Shown piece after piece: positions 54,101 through 62,903 of a stretch of 64,000 nt of DNA (position 1 is the stretch's first letter; every line of letters starts with the position of its first letter). The stretch covers positions 13,144,001 to 13,208,000 of the forward strand of contig NW_025963913.1 in NCBI RefSeq assembly GCF_023055435.1, read 5' to 3'. Both the position numbers and the translations under genes were made by a program. A model generated the notes under the pieces. That model saw nothing but the letters and a program-made list of their open reading frames with translations. It was not told the origin of the DNA and searched no databases. This stretch comes from Haliotis rufescens. Taxonomy: Eukaryota.

Positions 54101-57100
54101 TGAAGGGTTTGGGAGGTTTAGAAATATATTCTATGGTTTGGTTAAGGCGATGGAAGGGTTAGAATTTTAGGGCTACGGTTGCAGTAGGGCTGTGTTGATG
54201 ATTAGAGTTAGGGTTTAGGTTAGAGTTACAGTGATGGTAGGGTTAGGTAAGGGTTTAGGCCCAGGTTGGGTGTTTTGGCGATGGTAGGGTCAGATTAAGG
54301 GCGAATGAAGGGTTTTGTGATGGTACAGGATGCGGTTTGGGGAGATATAGGGTCAGAGGGGAAACAGACATGTACATGGAAGAGCAAGTGAGCCTGAGGT
54401 CCCCCTGATCTGTTACAGCCGATGGCCCCAATTCAACACAACGGCCCCGGCTTCCACTACGTCGTCATGATCAGCAAGGTGGGCGACAACACTGTCCAGA
54501 GCTACATCCGTAACGACTCTTTCAAGGGCCGTTTTGATATACCGGTTGATGACGTCTACCAGCCCTACACCGTGACGGTCAAGGCCGCCAACCGTGTCGG
54601 GGAACCTCCACAGCTTGCCACTAGTCACATGGGCTACTCGGGGGAGGGAGGTGAGTGAGTGAGTGAGTGAGCGTTATGAACATCAACTATGTTGCCAGGT
54701 GCGCGACGGTGCAACGTCCATTGCGGTTCCTTTTGAACCATTTTGTACTTAAAAATTAGAGCAAAAAGAGGGTAAGTGTGAATTATTTGCTCTTCAAAAT
54801 ATCACCCTTTCTGTTTGTGCATTATACGTTTCCACATATGTTTCTACCATGCCGGACAAAAGCTAGCATAAATAGAATCACCTACAAATTAGGTGCCAAG
54901 GTGACCTGTGGTTTGTGTGAGGGTTGTGTTCCTTTGTCGGCATCTTCCAGAACGGAACCGTTCCTTCATTTAACTGCCGCTACTGACGTACCGTCAGGTG
55001 GGATTCTACAAAGACATGTATACAACAAACACTGTATGTTCATATTGCATGAAACCCGTGCAGGTCCGGATAGAAAATAGGTCTTCAGCAACCCATACTT
55101 GCCCTAAGAGGTCACTATGCTAACGGGGTCGGGTGTTCAGGCTCGCTGACTTGGTTGTTGCATGTCATCGTATCCTATTTGCGCGGAACACGCATCAACC
55201 AAGTCATCGAGCCTGACCACCCGATCCCGTTAGTCGCTCACGATGTTGTTTACAGATAGCCCTGATATAGCTGGGATATTGTTGAGTGTAGCGTTAAACA
55301 ACAAACAAACATAACGCATGTACATCATGTACTTGAGAATCGTCAGGGAAAACGTGGATCACGTCCTACACTTAAAAAAATGTTGACTCTGAGTTGCTTC
55401 AATCTTGTTTCAGTTCCATTGGTCTTTCCTGAAAATTTGACCCTGAGCGACTTTTCCCGTCTGGGTGAAGGACAAGCCGAACTCTCGTGGGTAGGGGTTG
55501 AAGACGACCCAGAATTGATTCGAGGGATGCTGCGCGGATACATGGTATTGCTTGGGGGAAGGTTGGTGGGGGTGGGGTTGGGGTGGGGTGGGGGTGGGGT
55601 GGGGGAAGGTTGGTGGGGGTGGGGTGGGGGTGATATGAGGTGCGGAAACGAGTGGGTGAGCTCGCCTGTAGATGGCATCTTTTGTCAAAGTACATAATAT
55701 TTACTGAACTACTCCTATGTTAAGAATCCCTATTTCTAAAGGACTTACCATGACATACGTACAAGGCAAGGTTATGGTGGGGTTTATTAAATAAGTTTAC
55801 CTATTCACCAAAAAATTGAAAAGCGTTTTATATGTGATCTTTTTCACTTTTTCGCAAGAATAGTTCTTCAGCAACCCATACCTGACCATGGACGGAAAGA
55901 GGCGACTATGCTTGTCGTAAAAGGCGACTAACGGGATCGGGTCGTCAGACTCGCTGACTTGGTTGATCCATGTCATCGATCCCATTGCGTGGATCAATGC
56001 TCATGGTGGTCAAGACTCGATTATTTACAGACCGCCGACATACAGCTGGAATGTTCCTGAGGGTGGCGTTAAACAACAAACAAACACACAAACAATAGTT
56101 TTCATTTGATAAACCATGGTAAATTGTATTGCAACTTGACACCATAGAACCAGTTAAATATACTCAGCATTACATAACATTACATTTTTGCTTCCCTGAC
56201 ATGTTGACTGTTAACTAGTTCGAGGTTAAACTGGTTCCGTACATTATCTTCATGGCTCTCCTGCAGATCCGATACTGGAAATCAGGGGACCCTGACAACG
56301 TGTTTGAAACGCTTATTCCACTCGAATCCACGGAAATATCTGGAACTCAAACAGTAGTCCGGAATTTGCCGATGTACTCCGATCTTCAGGCTGACGTCAC
56401 GGTCGTCAACACACATTTCAAAAGCATCGGCAGTAACGTCGTGAACTTCAGCACTCCAGAAGGAGGTATGTTAGAACAATATATTCATCTTCATCAAGAT
56501 GAAACCGTCATGTTTAATTTACCTGCCATCATCATTCATTGTCACACGCCACTTATAGTGACGTCGACCCGTGAAGATCCAGGTTAGAATAGGTCTTCAG
56601 CAACTCAATCCTGCCGTAAGAGGCAACTAACGGGATCGGGTGGTCAGGCTTGCTGACTTGGTTGATGCATGTCATCGTATCCCTGGATTGTCTAGTCGAC
56701 ACTTGATTGTTTACAGACCGCCGTCATAAGCTGGGATATTGCCGAGTGCAGCGTTAAACACAAAACACAGATTTTGAACACAGGAATCGCATTAGTGACA
56801 TCAGCTTTCTATATTGTTCTAAGGCTTTCATGTTTGTGAAAATATATACTGAACAACATAAGTTCCTGTGACATTGAATAAGATTTAATGCAAAGTTATG
56901 TTTTTTTACCAAATCTGAAACAATTTCGGTTTGCAACAGATAAAAGACTTCTGTAAGTGTTCAAATGGTTAAATTTGCCATACTGACTTCAGAAAATGCG
57001 TGATTTCATAAAAAAACAACATGAACATGCCAAAATGTCAATTTACAAATCAATAGCGCGTGTGTCCACCTCTTGTGCGATGCTAGCAACACATCTTCGT

Positions 57101-60100
57101 CTCATGGAATGGACCAGGCGTCGCACAAAGTCCTGTGGGATATCTGTCTATATCTGCTGGAGCATGTTTCGAAGTTCCTCGAGTGTCTGTGGAACACGTG
57201 GTTGATCATGACGTCGAAGGCGCCGATCCATCTCATCCCACATGTGCTCGATTGGTTAGATATCAGGGGAGCGAGCCGGCAAGGGGATGATATTCACGTT
57301 GTTTTGTCGAAGCGAATCCTGAACAAGTCCAGCAATATGAGGCCGGGCGTTGTCATGTTGAAAGGTAATGCCTGGGTAATGACGACGCAAAAACGGTAGA
57401 ACAGGGCCGATGATCTCGTCGCGGTAGCGCTGTCCATTGAGATTTCCCTCTACCACTATCAAACGGGTCCTCTGTCTTGCTGTAATCACTCACTCACTCA
57501 CTCTTGTCGATTATTGCCTACGCGTAGCTGCCACTCCGAGGATGGTCTCTGACTGCATTCGTCTGTTGCCAACGTTGCCATAAACACTAAATGTTTCCGT
57601 GGATGTTAAATTGTCTTGCAACACCACGTTGACTCGATCCTGCTTCAAGCATACCAATGGCTCGCAGACGCTCATTTTGGGACAGGCGTGGCATCTCGTA
57701 ATGTTGAATAATTGCGTAATTTTGTTGTTTTTCTGAGTGGTTGTTGTCAGCACGATGCTAAACAATGCTTATGGAATCCCGTTAACGCACATGTTTTTAT
57801 ACCCATTCTTGGGTAGTGAAATGCATGGGGCTTGCATAAAAGTCAATTTTTGCATGGAATGCATGCTTTTCTGTAGCAGTTGCGTTTTTGTGACTTCATT
57901 CCATACATGTACTACAATATTGAAAAACAAACTTTACTTGTTTGAAAAATACACTAAAATTTTGGTGTCACGGGAACTTTTGTTGTTGAGTATACATGGT
58001 AGTCGGCTACACAGATAGATAGGAAAGAGACGTGTGGGACACCGGGTGTATTTAAACTAAGAAGGTTCATCTGACCGACTCCTGTTCCCCGTTGACAGTG
58101 CCGGACCCCCCACAGTACATCAACGTACTGCACCGTGGGGCCATCCATTTCCTGGTAGACTGGGGGCGGCCGGAGAACACCAATGGGATTCTGACTGGCT
58201 ACAAAGTCGGCTACAGACTAAGTAAGTGCTTACACTGACATAAAGTTCCCGGTGATTGTCTTGTGTCGTTGACGTTCACCACTCTCAGAATGTTTTTTTC
58301 TAAATCTTATATGGATATGCATTTATGTACGACTTATCATGGACTTAACGGAACACCCATATTGATACTTTTGAAATATACATGGACCTTTTTCTCTCTA
58401 TCAAATATAACTTAATAAAGGACGGAGAAGGATAATGAACATCTAGAAATGTCAAATGTAATATTGATGGAAAACTTTGGTATGACGATTATCAAATATT
58501 TTCAAATAGCTCTTTTATTATCATCTTCCCGGAGCAAGGGAATTATCTGACTGTTAAAGTCAAGTTTCCACCCTTCCACTAGTCTGCAATTATGGAGTTA
58601 TATATTGGCTGGACTAACGAGTCTATGCATAGTGCAATTAAAATTGCGTAACGAAACGACATTCAATTCATGAACAACATAGGGACTTCCGTAAAGATTT
58701 CGGTCGAATGCAGGATTTGCACAATCTCAATGAAATCAAATCTTAGTTCTCGCTATCGCTCAACAAAACTAAGATCTGATTTTAATGAGATAGACAGATA
58801 TTTTCATGATCTTTTCATGTTTTTAATCAAGGTTCTCAAGTAATTTGATGTACTTTGCAAGGTAAGACCCATTTTCTGACAATAAAGATCTTGATTATCG
58901 ATCAGATTGTCTTGACTGGGCGCCACCATTTTGTTTGAATCAAATGCAAGTGATATGAGAGGTCGAATCTGATTGGTCAATAGGAGGGACATAGAAGGGA
59001 CATAACTCGTAATCGCCACTGGTCTCGCTTCGATCGAGCCACAAAATTGCAGCCTAGTTCGACAAGGGTGGAAAGTTGACTTTTATAGTCAGTTAACTCC
59101 CTTACCTCGGGAAGATGTTTTCTTATTTCCATGTGTAAGTTGGGAGTCCTGACATACAAAAATACGTACGTTTGGCTAAAAGTAGTGAAAAGGGACAATG
59201 GCTTGTTCATATTATCATATTAGTAAAGCGTTTCTTGAAAAAACTTTAAAGTCATTCTTTTCGATAATGTTTTATCCTTACCGATCGATACATTGAAAGT
59301 TGTTATAAGTCCAAAAATGCAAGTGTTGAAATGAACCAAGTCTGATTCTTTTTTATATAAAGACATTTGATAACATTCATAACGATTTTAAAGGTTTTTC
59401 TCATTCCTTGAATCAGAGACCGTGAAATAGTATCCACTTTATGGTCTCTGCTTGAATTATGCAGATCCTGTTTGTGAAAACGTCCCTTAAGTACCTTGTC
59501 CTTTGCTTAATCACAGATCTCATTTACAGACATTTATAAGAATTAGTGGCCATGCAATGACAGTGTTGTGTTTGCCACAGTGAACAGTACTCACACAGGA
59601 GATATGATGGTCCTGCCGGAGACCACGCGGCGACGCTCCTTCATCAAGGATCTCCAGCCCAACACGGAGTACCGCGTGTATGTCTGGGCACTGACGATGA
59701 AGGGTCCTGGTGACCCAATCTACATGGATGCGAAAACAGCCAAGAAGAACACGGGTAAAGTGTGGTGTTCTGTCCAATGTCTTAAGTTGGCACGTACAAC
59801 GTTCAGTGACAGTTCACATGCAGTGTTTCATCCTCAGTTATGTGTGTGTCCTGTGATATTTAATTATTTTCCTTCACATTTTGATTTGTTGTATTTATCG
59901 TATGGTGGAGTACATAAAACGTGTACTAAGTAGAAAATTAGTATATTGAACAGCCTCGTTGTGACAGCGCCGTCTGTTGGTTAAGAAATACCGGATGTTG
60001 GATGGTGTCTGTCTCATAGTGTAGACTTCTGTTGTGCGTGTAATGTATCTATAAACACGTTTCAGTTGTTATAATACATGGATTTCAGCTATAACAAAGC

Positions 60101-62378
60101 CACAGATTTTGGATATGGAGCCAACAGACAGAGCTGTTGAAATTACATGGGCTCTCAAGAACAGCTCTAACACAAGAGCCGCCGCTTATTACCTCCTACA
60201 ACACAAACTGTTGGGTAGGTTATACATAATGGTACAAACTGTTGGGTAGGTGATACATACATGGTACAAATTGTTGGGTAGGTGATACATACATGATACA
60301 AACTGTTGGGTAGGCGATACATACATGATACAAATTGTTGGGTAGTTGATGCAAACATGGTACAAACTGTTGGGTGGGTGATACATACATGGTACAAACT
60401 GTTGGGTAGGTGATACATACATGGTACAAACTGTAGTGTAGGTGATACATACATGGTACAAACTGTAGTGTAGGTGATAAATACATGGTACAAATTGTAG
60501 TGTAGGTTAAACATACATGATACAAACTGTTGGGTAGTAGATACATACATGGTACAAACTGTTGGGTGGGTGATACATACATGGTACAAACTGTAGTGTA
60601 GGTTAAACATACATGATACAAACTGTTGGGTAGTAGATACATACATGGTACAAACTGTTGGGTGGGTGATACATACATGGTAGAAACTTTTGGGTAGGTT
60701 ATACATACATGGCGCAAACTCTTGAGTAGGTGATACATACATGATACAAACTGTTGGGTAGGTGATACATACATGGTAGAAACTGTAGTGTAGGTGATAC
60801 ATACATGGTACAAACTGTAGTGTAGGTGATAAATACATGGTACAAACTGTAGTGTAGGTTAAACATACATGATACAAACTGTTGGGTAGGTGATACATAC
60901 ATGGTAGAAACTGTAGTGTAGGTGATACATACATGGTACAAACTGTAGTGTAGGTGATAAATACATGGTACAAACTGTAGTGTAGGTTAAACATACATGA
61001 TACAAACTGTTGGGTAGGTGATACATTCATGGTAGAAACTGTAGTGTAGGTGATACATACATGGTACAAACTGTAGTGTAGGTGATAAATACATGGTACA
61101 AACTGTAGTGTAGGTTAAACATACATGATACAAACTGTTGGGTAGTAGATACATACATGGTACAAACTGTAGTGTAAGTGATACATACATGGTACAAACT
61201 GTAGTGTAGGTGATAAATACATGGTACAAACTGTAGTGTAGGTTAAACATACATGATACAAACTGTTGGGTAGTAGATACATACATGGTACAAACTGTTG
61301 GGTGGGTGATACATACATGGTAGAAACTTTTGGGTAGGTGATACATACATGGTAGAAACTGTTGGGTAGGTTATACATACATGCCGCAAACTCTTGAGTA
61401 GGTGATACATACATGATACAAACTGTTGGGTAGGTGATACATACATGGTACAAACTGTAGTGTAGGTGATACATACATGGTACAAACTGTAGTGTAGGTG
61501 ATAAATACATGGTACAAACTGTTGGGTAGTAGATACATACATGGTACAAACTGTTGGGTGGGTGATACATACATGGTAGAAACTTTTGGGTAGGTTATAC
61601 ATACATGGCGCAAACTCTTGAGTAGGTGATACATACATGATACAAACTGTTGGGTAGGTGATACATACATGGTAGAAACTCCAGTGTAGGTGATACATAC
61701 ATGGTACAAACTGTAGTGTAGGTGATAAATACATGGTACAAACTGTAGTGTAGGTTAAACATACATGATACAAACTGTTGGGTAGGTGATACATTCATGG
61801 TACAAACAGTTGGGTAGGTGATACATACACGTTACAAACTGTTGGGTAGGTTATACATGCATTGAACAAACTGTTGGGTAGGTGATACATTCATGGTTCA
61901 AACTGTTGGGCAGGTGATACAAGCATGGTACAAACTGCTGGGTAGGTGATACATATATGGTACACACTGTAGTACAGGTGATGCATACATAGTACAAACT
62001 GTTGAGTAGGTGATACATACATGGTACAAACTGTTGGGAAGGTGATACATACATGGTACAGACTTGTGTAGGATTTTGAGAAGGCAATACATGCAAGTTT
62101 TAAGTTTGGGCAATTCAATTAACGGAAACATGAATGTCTATGTGATTGGTACTAACATCATGGTTGTGTGGTCGTGCAATACATGTGATATACCCGTGCA
62201 TCACCAGGGACCAATGCCTGGACACGCGGGGCGAAGGTAGAGGGCAACCGGTTCTCCCAAAGCGTGTATGGTCTTCATCCTCAGTCCACCTACCAGGCGC
62301 GGGTCGTGGCACTGGACAGTGGGCAGCGGGCTGTCAGTGACACAGAGCTGTTCAACACGGCCGAGAGAGAACGTGAGG
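37195..62378 (+). CDS. Nrg: L1-family cell adhesion molecule (neuroglian/L1CAM/NrCAM-like), 19 coding exons, ectodomain only; gene likely continues past the window
   Basis: Manual splicing gives an open frame of 3352 nt with matching phases at every GT-AG junction: signal peptide + 6 Ig + 5 FN3. Family-typical motifs include CNPP..VPN (Ig2), G.LYF, CIFGG.P.P (Ig3), AP.W..EP.D and QCNASNIHGYVWSD.YINI (Ig4), and PM.PIQHNGPGFHY...GYSGE (FN3-2). The symbol is a family-level call; orthology is untested. Confidence 0.88.
37468..37937. repeat. 31-bp minisatellite (~15 near-identical copies)
   Basis: Unit gaccggtacatgtacacacgtcgtccatctt. Confidence 0.96.
38295..38535 (+). mobile_element. SINE-like family A copy with 11-bp TSD
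   Basis: TSD acatattgaca at 38284-38294 and 38536-38546. Confidence 0.87.
38982..39081 (+). CDS. L1-like exon 2 (Ig1 N-half, PPVVANMSPKKRHFVEGERLKLPCEAQGQPIP)
   Basis: ttccag acceptor, gtgagt donor, Ig I-set C-x-A-x-G-x-P-x-P motif. Confidence 0.9.
39638..40020 (+). CDS. L1-like exon 3 (Ig1 C-half and Ig2 N-half)
   Basis: ttccag/gtaagt; encodes WLKSG...DAGYYQCRAENIHG...LRCNPPRSVPNARIVW. Confidence 0.93.
40382..40570 (+). mobile_element. SINE-like family A copy (degenerate)
   Basis: ccgggttagaataggtcttcagcaacccatgct...gctgacttggttgatgcatgtcatcg...caaac tail. Confidence 0.78.
40943..41625. repeat. 53-bp intronic minisatellite (~12-13 copies)
   Basis: Unit ctcacctttcctcctgcagcttaggttgaagaacgtattgaatcatcactgat. 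Confidence 0.96.
41723..41851 (+). CDS. L1-like exon 4 (Ig2 C-half, DLYFVSVREDEIKGDAEYACVAYNQITRSMTYGNSFRLKLQG)
   Basis: tttgcag/gtatgt, phase 1-1; LYF...YAC motif. Confidence 0.9.
41984..42086 (+). CDS. L1-like exon 5 (Ig3 N-half, KPVDEPMSLMWQTPAAMLGLQGKTLKMMCIFGG)
   Basis: ttgtag/gtgagt, phase 1-2; CIFGG motif. Confidence 0.88.
42140..42873. repeat. 22-bp intronic minisatellite (~33 copies)
   Basis: Unit ctgtaactgtatccacgaca(g/t)c. Confidence 0.95.
43330..43520 (+). CDS. L1-like exon 6 (Ig3 C-half)
   Basis: cttcttaag acceptor, gtaggg donor; encodes PRPQVSW...DTGVYMC...FTVDVE. Confidence 0.9.
43493..45390. repeat. 48-bp minisatellite seeded by the exon 6/intron junction (~39 copies)
   Basis: Unit acaaggacattcacggtggacgtagaaggtagggataaaatatagttg; the first copy overlaps the coding exon. 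Confidence 0.96.
45558..45689 (+). CDS. L1-like exon 7 (Ig4 N-half, APTWVTEPKDVTADEGEDVVIDCRAAGTPSPHIEWLINGIPLR)
   Basis: ttccag/gtatgc, phase 1-1. Confidence 0.92.
45851..49094. repeat. 88-bp intronic minisatellite (~37 copies)
   Basis: Unit ttagtgatgataccagatgttcacgaaaaggtgagcgtatccatccataccgactgtatcacggtgtgtgttaacgactcaccttcag. Confidence 0.97.
49690..49833 (+). CDS. L1-like exon 8 (Ig4 C-half)
   Basis: ctaacag/gtgggt; encodes DTMAVQCNASNIHGYVWSDTYINIL. Confidence 0.92.
49931..50204 (+). mobile_element. SINE-like family A, full-length copy with 13-14-bp TSD
   Basis: TSD acattgactatgt(g) at 49918 and 50205; (aaac)n tail. Confidence 0.9.
50626..50810 (+). CDS. L1-like exon 9 (Ig5 N-half)
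   Basis: tttctag acceptor (an alternative in-frame cag ends at 50637), gtaagt donor; encodes LHCHHTGHPVPDLVWFK...ENGSLLI. Confidence 0.9.
51315..51405 (+). CDS. L1-like exon 10 (Ig5 C-half, KAMMRDGGLFKCFVRNKYGEDNSKYTVIIR)
   Basis: tttcag/gtaagt, phase 0-1. Confidence 0.9.
51963..52103 (+). mobile_element. Short tRNA-derived SINE family C
   Basis: A box tagcctagtgg, B box ggttcgattcc, tail ctggaatattgctaacagcggcg...(actc)n. Confidence 0.8.
52148..52429 (+). CDS. L1-like exon 11 (Ig6)
   Basis: ttttcag/gtaagg; encodes PTRIVHGPKD...MECKAATDP...YEWKKD...DTAVYKCVATNGID. Confidence 0.93.
52441..52649. other. Assembly gap (209 N)
   Basis: Run of N just after the exon 11 donor. Confidence 0.99.
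52817..53055 (-). mobile_element. SINE-like family A copy
   Basis: Reverse-orientation match to the family; part of the left arm of an inverted duplication. Confidence 0.82.
53422..53798 (+). CDS. L1-like exon 12 (FN3-1 and start of FN3-2)
   Basis: caacag/gttagt; encodes IAWKFN...NHSPL...LSPFGSYTFRVKAVNEIGPGLPS...VEWE. Confidence 0.93.
54419..54650 (+). CDS. L1-like exon 13 (FN3-2)
   Basis: ttacag/gtgagt; encodes PMAPIQHNGPGFHY...YQPYTVTVKAANRVG...GYSGEG. Confidence 0.93.
55053..55310 (+). mobile_element. SINE-like family A copy, rearranged (contains an inverted internal fragment)
   Basis: 5' part mirrors 52922-53055; 55188-55238 is an antisense fragment of the same family; normal tail. 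Confidence 0.8.
55414..55544 (+). CDS. L1-like exon 14 (FN3-3 N-half)
   Basis: gtttcag/gtattg; encodes PLVFPENL...AELSW...IRGMLRGYM. Confidence 0.88.
55856..56094 (+). mobile_element. SINE-like family A copy
   Basis: agaatagttcttcagcaacccatac...ggcgttaaacaacaaacaaac. Confidence 0.83.
56267..56465 (+). CDS. L1-like exon 15 (FN3-3 C-half)
   Basis: ctgcag/gtatgt; encodes IRYWK...NLPMYS...SNVVNFSTPEG. Confidence 0.92.
56566..56769 (+). mobile_element. SINE-like family A copy (internally deleted)
   Basis: gacccgtgaagatccaggttagaatagg...gcagcgttaaacacaaaac. Confidence 0.83.
56847..57992 (-). mobile_element. Internally deleted Tc1/mariner transposon with transposase pseudogene
   Basis: TIRs tactgaacaacataagttcctgtgaca / tgtcacgggaacttttgttgttgagta flanked by TA. 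The minus strand gives the N-terminal HTH MPRLSQNERLRAIGMLEAG (ATG 57694) and the catalytic C-terminus FQHDNARPH...SPDI*PIEHMWD, with stops and the middle missing. Confidence 0.92.
58099..58221 (+). CDS. L1-like exon 16 (FN3-4 N-half, PDPPQYINVLHRGAIHFLVDWGRPENTNGILTGYKVGYRL)
   Basis: tgacag/gtaagt; W..P...NGILTGY FN3 motif. Confidence 0.92.
59581..59754 (+). CDS. L1-like exon 17 (FN3-4 C-half)
   Basis: ccacag/gtaaag; encodes IKDLQPNTEYRVYVWALTMKGPG. Confidence 0.92.
60089..60214 (+). CDS. L1-like exon 18 (FN3-5 N-half, ITKPQILDMEPTDRAVEITWALKNSSNTRAAAYYLLQHKLL)
   Basis: tttcag/gtaggt, phase 1-1, FN3 B-strand Trp; not in the ORF track. Confidence 0.85.
60203..62062. repeat. 32-bp minisatellite seeded by the exon 18/intron junction (~58 copies)
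   Basis: Unit acaaactgttgggtaggtgatacatacatggt; the first copy overlaps the coding exon. Confidence 0.96.
62208..62378 (+). CDS. L1-like exon 19 (FN3-5 C-half); 3' boundary uncertain
   Basis: caccag acceptor; encodes TNAW...VYGLHPQSTYQARVVA...FNT. Phase-1 donors at 62373 (gtgagg) or 62379 (gtacgt); read-through is open to 62830. Confidence 0.82.
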
Positions 62379-62407
62379 GTACGTCAGATGGTCTCCTCAC
62401 TCATGCT

Positions 62408-62522
62408 GCCACCACTACCATCACTACTATTAACACCGTTGCAAATACTTCACCTACTACTGCTACAGCTACTACTATCACTACGACCACGACTACTACT
62501 ACTACTACTCCTACTGCTACTG

Positions 62523-62569
<47 letters not shown>

Positions 62570-62670
62570 GCCACTGCCACTACTACTGCCACTACTACTT
62601 ACACCACTGCAACTACTGCCACCACTATTGGTGCTACCACCATTAGTAATATGACCTTCACTACTTCTTC
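62408..62670. repeat. (ACT)n/(ACC)n-type trinucleotide microsatellite
   Basis: Imperfect act/acc/gct triplet run. Confidence 0.9.
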
Positions 62671-62903
62671 ACCATCACTATTCCTTCCACTCCTTGTTCT
62701 GCTTACTAAACACTTCTCCAATACAGGGGTCTCAGCTACAACTCCAAATGACATAGTTTATGACAATGTTGTGAGAAGGCCATTTGACACTATTCTTGAA
62801 TTAAATTGGCATGCAATCATTTGTGCATGATCTGTGCATGGTGTTGTTCACCCCTATTCCTGTATATGTTTTTTATGCGTAGTCATTATTATGTGATCAT
62901 TAG

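Larger units (their letters stand above)
52922..55187. repeat. Inverted duplication, arms 52922-53213 and 54896-55187 (292 bp each)
   Basis: The arms are near-perfect reverse complements over both SINE and non-SINE sequence. Confidence 0.92.

Noticed and set aside
37195-62378. Contactin, Dscam or Robo as alternative identities
   Set aside because: Domain count is 6 Ig + 5 FN3 with L1-type Ig2, Ig4 and FN3-2 motifs. Contactins have 4 FN3, Robo 5 Ig + 3 FN3, and Dscam 10 Ig + 6 FN3.
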